This document shows positions 24,299 through 26,506 of a stretch of 26,506 bases of DNA, piece by piece; position 1 is the first letter of the stretch; every line of letters begins with the position of its first letter. This stretch comes from a virus (Duplodnaviria > Caudoviricetes): positions 1 to 26,506 of IMG/VR virus record IMGVR_UViG_3300010362_000091; one strand, 5' to 3'. A model generated the notes under the pieces. The model did not search any database. It was not told the origin of the DNA and saw only the letters and a program-made list of their open reading frames with translations. The translations under genes were made by a program, and so were the position numbers.

Positions 24299-25167
24299 GG
24301 CGCGCGCGGCGCGAGGGCGAGCCGCAGCGTCCGTTCCTCGGCCCACAGGCGGTCGATCATGCCGCCGGGGCCGCCGGCGGCGACCAGAGCGGCGCGCGGG
24401 AACAGCCGCATGATTGCCGCCTGCGCGGTCGGCCCGACGGCGTCCGCGTCGTCGACAAGGACTAGCGGGCAATCGGGCGCCGGATAGAGCGGGCCGGCCA
24501 GGATGTCGGCGTCGTCGACGATCCCCTCGCGGTGCTTGAACTCGGCGTAGAAATCGGCGATTTCGGCGACCATCGAGAACGCCTCGGGCAGCGCCATGCC
24601 GCGCCCGCGCTCCTCGGCGTGCATGTCCGCTAGCGGTCGACCGGCCAGCCGCGCGCGCCCCGCCAATAGGAACACCGCCAGGACGTCGCGTCGCCGGGCG
24701 CGCAGGAACAGATGGTCGCCCGGGGCGTCGGCAAGCTCGCCGGCGCGGGCGATCCGCGCCGCGAATTCCTCGGCGGCGATCCGCATCTGTCCCTCCGTCG
24801 CCCGGCGCGCCCGCGGGCCGCGCCAGAACGCGACGTCGGCGACGCCCCCGGTCATGTCCGGGAACAGCACCTCCTCAAGCGCGACGCCCGGCCGGTGCAG
24901 GTCGGCGACGACCCGGCGCAGCATGTGGGCGCGGGCCGCGGTCGGGGCCAGCAGCGCAAACTGGCAGAGCGAAACCCCGAATTCCGCCACCGCCGCCGCC
25001 GCCACCGCGGCGAGCGCCGTCGTCTTGCCGGCGGCCAGCGGCCCGCGGATCGCGGCGACAAAGCGCCGCCGGGCCGCCAGGGCGGGGCGCAGGGCGTCGC
25101 CGCAGCCTTTGCTATCAACAAGGCCTACCTGTTCCGGTATATTCCTCGAGCGAGAGGCGGCGACCAT
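24295..25167 (-). CDS. Truncated or degenerate UvrD/SF1-helicase N-terminal domain (start uncertain)
   Basis: IRGPLAAGKTT (motif I), LLAPTAARA (Ia), LVLVDDAD (II), LVAAGG (degenerate III); no second RecA domain. Confidence 0.55.
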   Translation of the reverse strand: MVAASRSRNIPEQVGLVDSKGCGDALRPALAARRRFVAAIRGPLAAGKTTALAAVAAAAVAEFGVSLCQFALLAPTAARAHMLRRVVADLHRPGVALEEVLFPDMTGGVADVAFWRGPRARRATEGQMRIAAEEFAARIARAGELADAPGDHLFLRARRRDVLAVFLLAGRARLAGRPLADMHAEERGRGMALPEAFSMVAEIADFYAEFKHREGIVDDADILAGPLYPAPDCPLVLVDDADAVGPTAQAAIMRLFPRAALVAAGGPGGMIDRLWAEERTLRLALAPRAP

Positions 25168-25639
25168 GGCCGAGATTATCGCCCTAGAGGACGCGGCGGC
25201 GCAATTCGACCGGGACCGCCGGGCGTTCCGGCTGCGCCTCGCCGGCGTGTCGGTCGGCCGCATCGCCGAGGAGCTAGGCTGCGCCCCCGACCAGGTCGAG
25301 GCGTCGCTCGTGCGCATGTGCGGCGGGGTCTCGCCGGAAATGCGCCGGCGGACGATCCGGCTGGAGCTTGAGCGGCTCGACGAGTTGCAGAAGGCGCACT
25401 ACGCGGCGGCGGCGCAGGGCGGCGTTGCGGCCACCGCCGTCATTCTCAAAATCATGGAGCGGCGGGCGCGGATGCTCGGCCTCGACGCGCCGCCGACCGG
25501 CGACCCGCTGGCCGACGCCATGGCCGCCCGGGAGACGACCACCGACCGGATCGCCGCCGCCATCGAGCGGATCGCCGCCGAGCGGGAGCCCGCGGCGGTG
25601 ATCGAGGCCGAAATTGTCGACGACAGCAAAGGAGGCTGA
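25166..25639 (+). CDS. HTH protein, probable terminase small subunit
   Basis: LRLAGVSVGRIAEELG, LELERLDEL, ILKIMERRARMLGLDAP; upstream of terL. Confidence 0.7.
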   Translation: MAEIIALEDAAAQFDRDRRAFRLRLAGVSVGRIAEELGCAPDQVEASLVRMCGGVSPEMRRRTIRLELERLDELQKAHYAAAAQGGVAATAVILKIMERRARMLGLDAPPTGDPLADAMAARETTTDRIAAAIERIAAEREPAAVIEAEIVDDSKGG

Positions 25640-25641
25640 TC

Positions 25642-25854
25642 ATGGGCGCCCTCACAGCGGCGGCGCGCCGGCGGCTGCGCAGCAGTCAATTCGCGCTGCC
25701 GGGATCGCGCCGGTTCCCCGTGCACACGCGCCGCCACGCCGCCAACGCCAAGGCGCGGGCGACGCAGCAGTACAACCGGGGCAACATCTCGCGCTCGACC
25801 CGCGACAAAATCCACGCCCGGGCGAACAAGGTTCTGCGGCGCAAACGCAAATGA
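25642..25854 (+). CDS. Small basic protein, DUF6582-like
   Basis: RRRLRSSQFALPGSRRFPVH..HAANAKAR; AAGGAGG RBS. Confidence 0.65.
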   Translation: MGALTAAARRRLRSSQFALPGSRRFPVHTRRHAANAKARATQQYNRGNISRSTRDKIHARANKVLRRKRK

Positions 25855-26506
25855 GAATCGTGCCGCGGGATCGCTTCGGGGCGGAAATCCGCCGCGCCCA
25901 TGCGGCGCGGGAGGGCATGGCCGGGCTATCGCCGCGCAAGCGGGCGCGGCTCGCCGCCGAGCTAGGCGACGATCTGGCCGACGAATGGATCATGCTCGCG
26001 CGCGGCGCGCAGCTGCCGCCGGTCGACCTCGGCTGGTGCTGGCTGTTCCTCGGCGGCCGCGGCACCGGCAAGACGCGCGCCATGTCGGGCGCCGTGCACA
26101 TGGCGGTGCGCGCCGGGCTCGGCCGCGTCCATGTGATCGGCCCGACGACGTCCGACCTGCACGACGTCAACCTTGAGGGACCGGCCGGGCTCCTGGCGAC
26201 GGCGGCGCGCGACGCGCGCCCGCGCTGGGTCCCGTCGAAGCGCCGGCTCGAATGGCCGAACGGCGCCGTCGCCGTGTTCTTTTCCGGCGAGGAGCCCGAC
26301 TCGCTGCGCGGCCCGCAATGCGAGCTGGCGGTCGTCGACGAAATCGGCCGCATGCGATACCAGCAGGCGGTGTGGGATATGATGATGCTCGGGCTTCGGC
26401 TCGGCGATCTGCCCCGCGTCCTGGTGGCGACGACGCCGCGGCCGACGCCGTTCATGAAGAAGCTGGTCGCAATGTCGGACCTGCGGATCACCACCGGGTC
26501 GACCTA
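25851..26506 (+). CDS. terL: Terminase large subunit, N-terminal ATPase; runs off the window
   Basis: Translated by hand: WLFLGGRGTGKT, WPNGA, EEPDSLRGPQ, VVDE, GLRLG, ATTPRP. Confidence 0.92.
   Translation, partial: MRIVPRDRFGAEIRRAHAAREGMAGLSPRKRARLAAELGDDLADEWIMLARGAQLPPVDLGWCWLFLGGRGTGKTRAMSGAVHMAVRAGLGRVHVIGPTTSDLHDVNLEGPAGLLATAARDARPRWVPSKRRLEWPNGAVAVFFSGEEPDSLRGPQCELAVVDEIGRMRYQQAVWDMMMLGLRLGDLPRVLVATTPRPTPFMKKLVAMSDLRITTGST

Overview
This window is the early/middle region of a high-GC temperate phage, probably with an alphaproteobacterial host (inference), laid out in lambdoid fashion. Left to right: accessory genes; an att site (3' half of tRNA-Gln(CUG) with arm-type repeats, IHF-like sites and a terminator); a tyrosine integrase; a leftward early operon (two Xis-like paralogs, DUF1367, Bet/RecT, YqaJ exonuclease); a cI/cro switch; a rightward replication and DNA-modification operon (VRR-NUC, primase, P4/D5 helicase, C5 methyltransferase, DpdA-like TGT, QueE, QueD, Mom-like GNAT); a ~2 kb non-coding region with ori-like iterons; small accessory genes; and the terminase genes. 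The standout is an orphan RAMP/Cas7-like gene (4170-4874, minus) with no other cas gene and no CRISPR array. It is accompanied by five arrays of a 6-nt unit made of a constant CGCC and a variable NN: 17, 42, 68 and 20 units upstream in the same operon, plus a degenerate non-coding copy behind its own promoter at ~19.4 kb. This is a candidate phage-encoded, repeat-programmed RNA-guided system. All family calls come from motif recognition by eye; no database searches were run.
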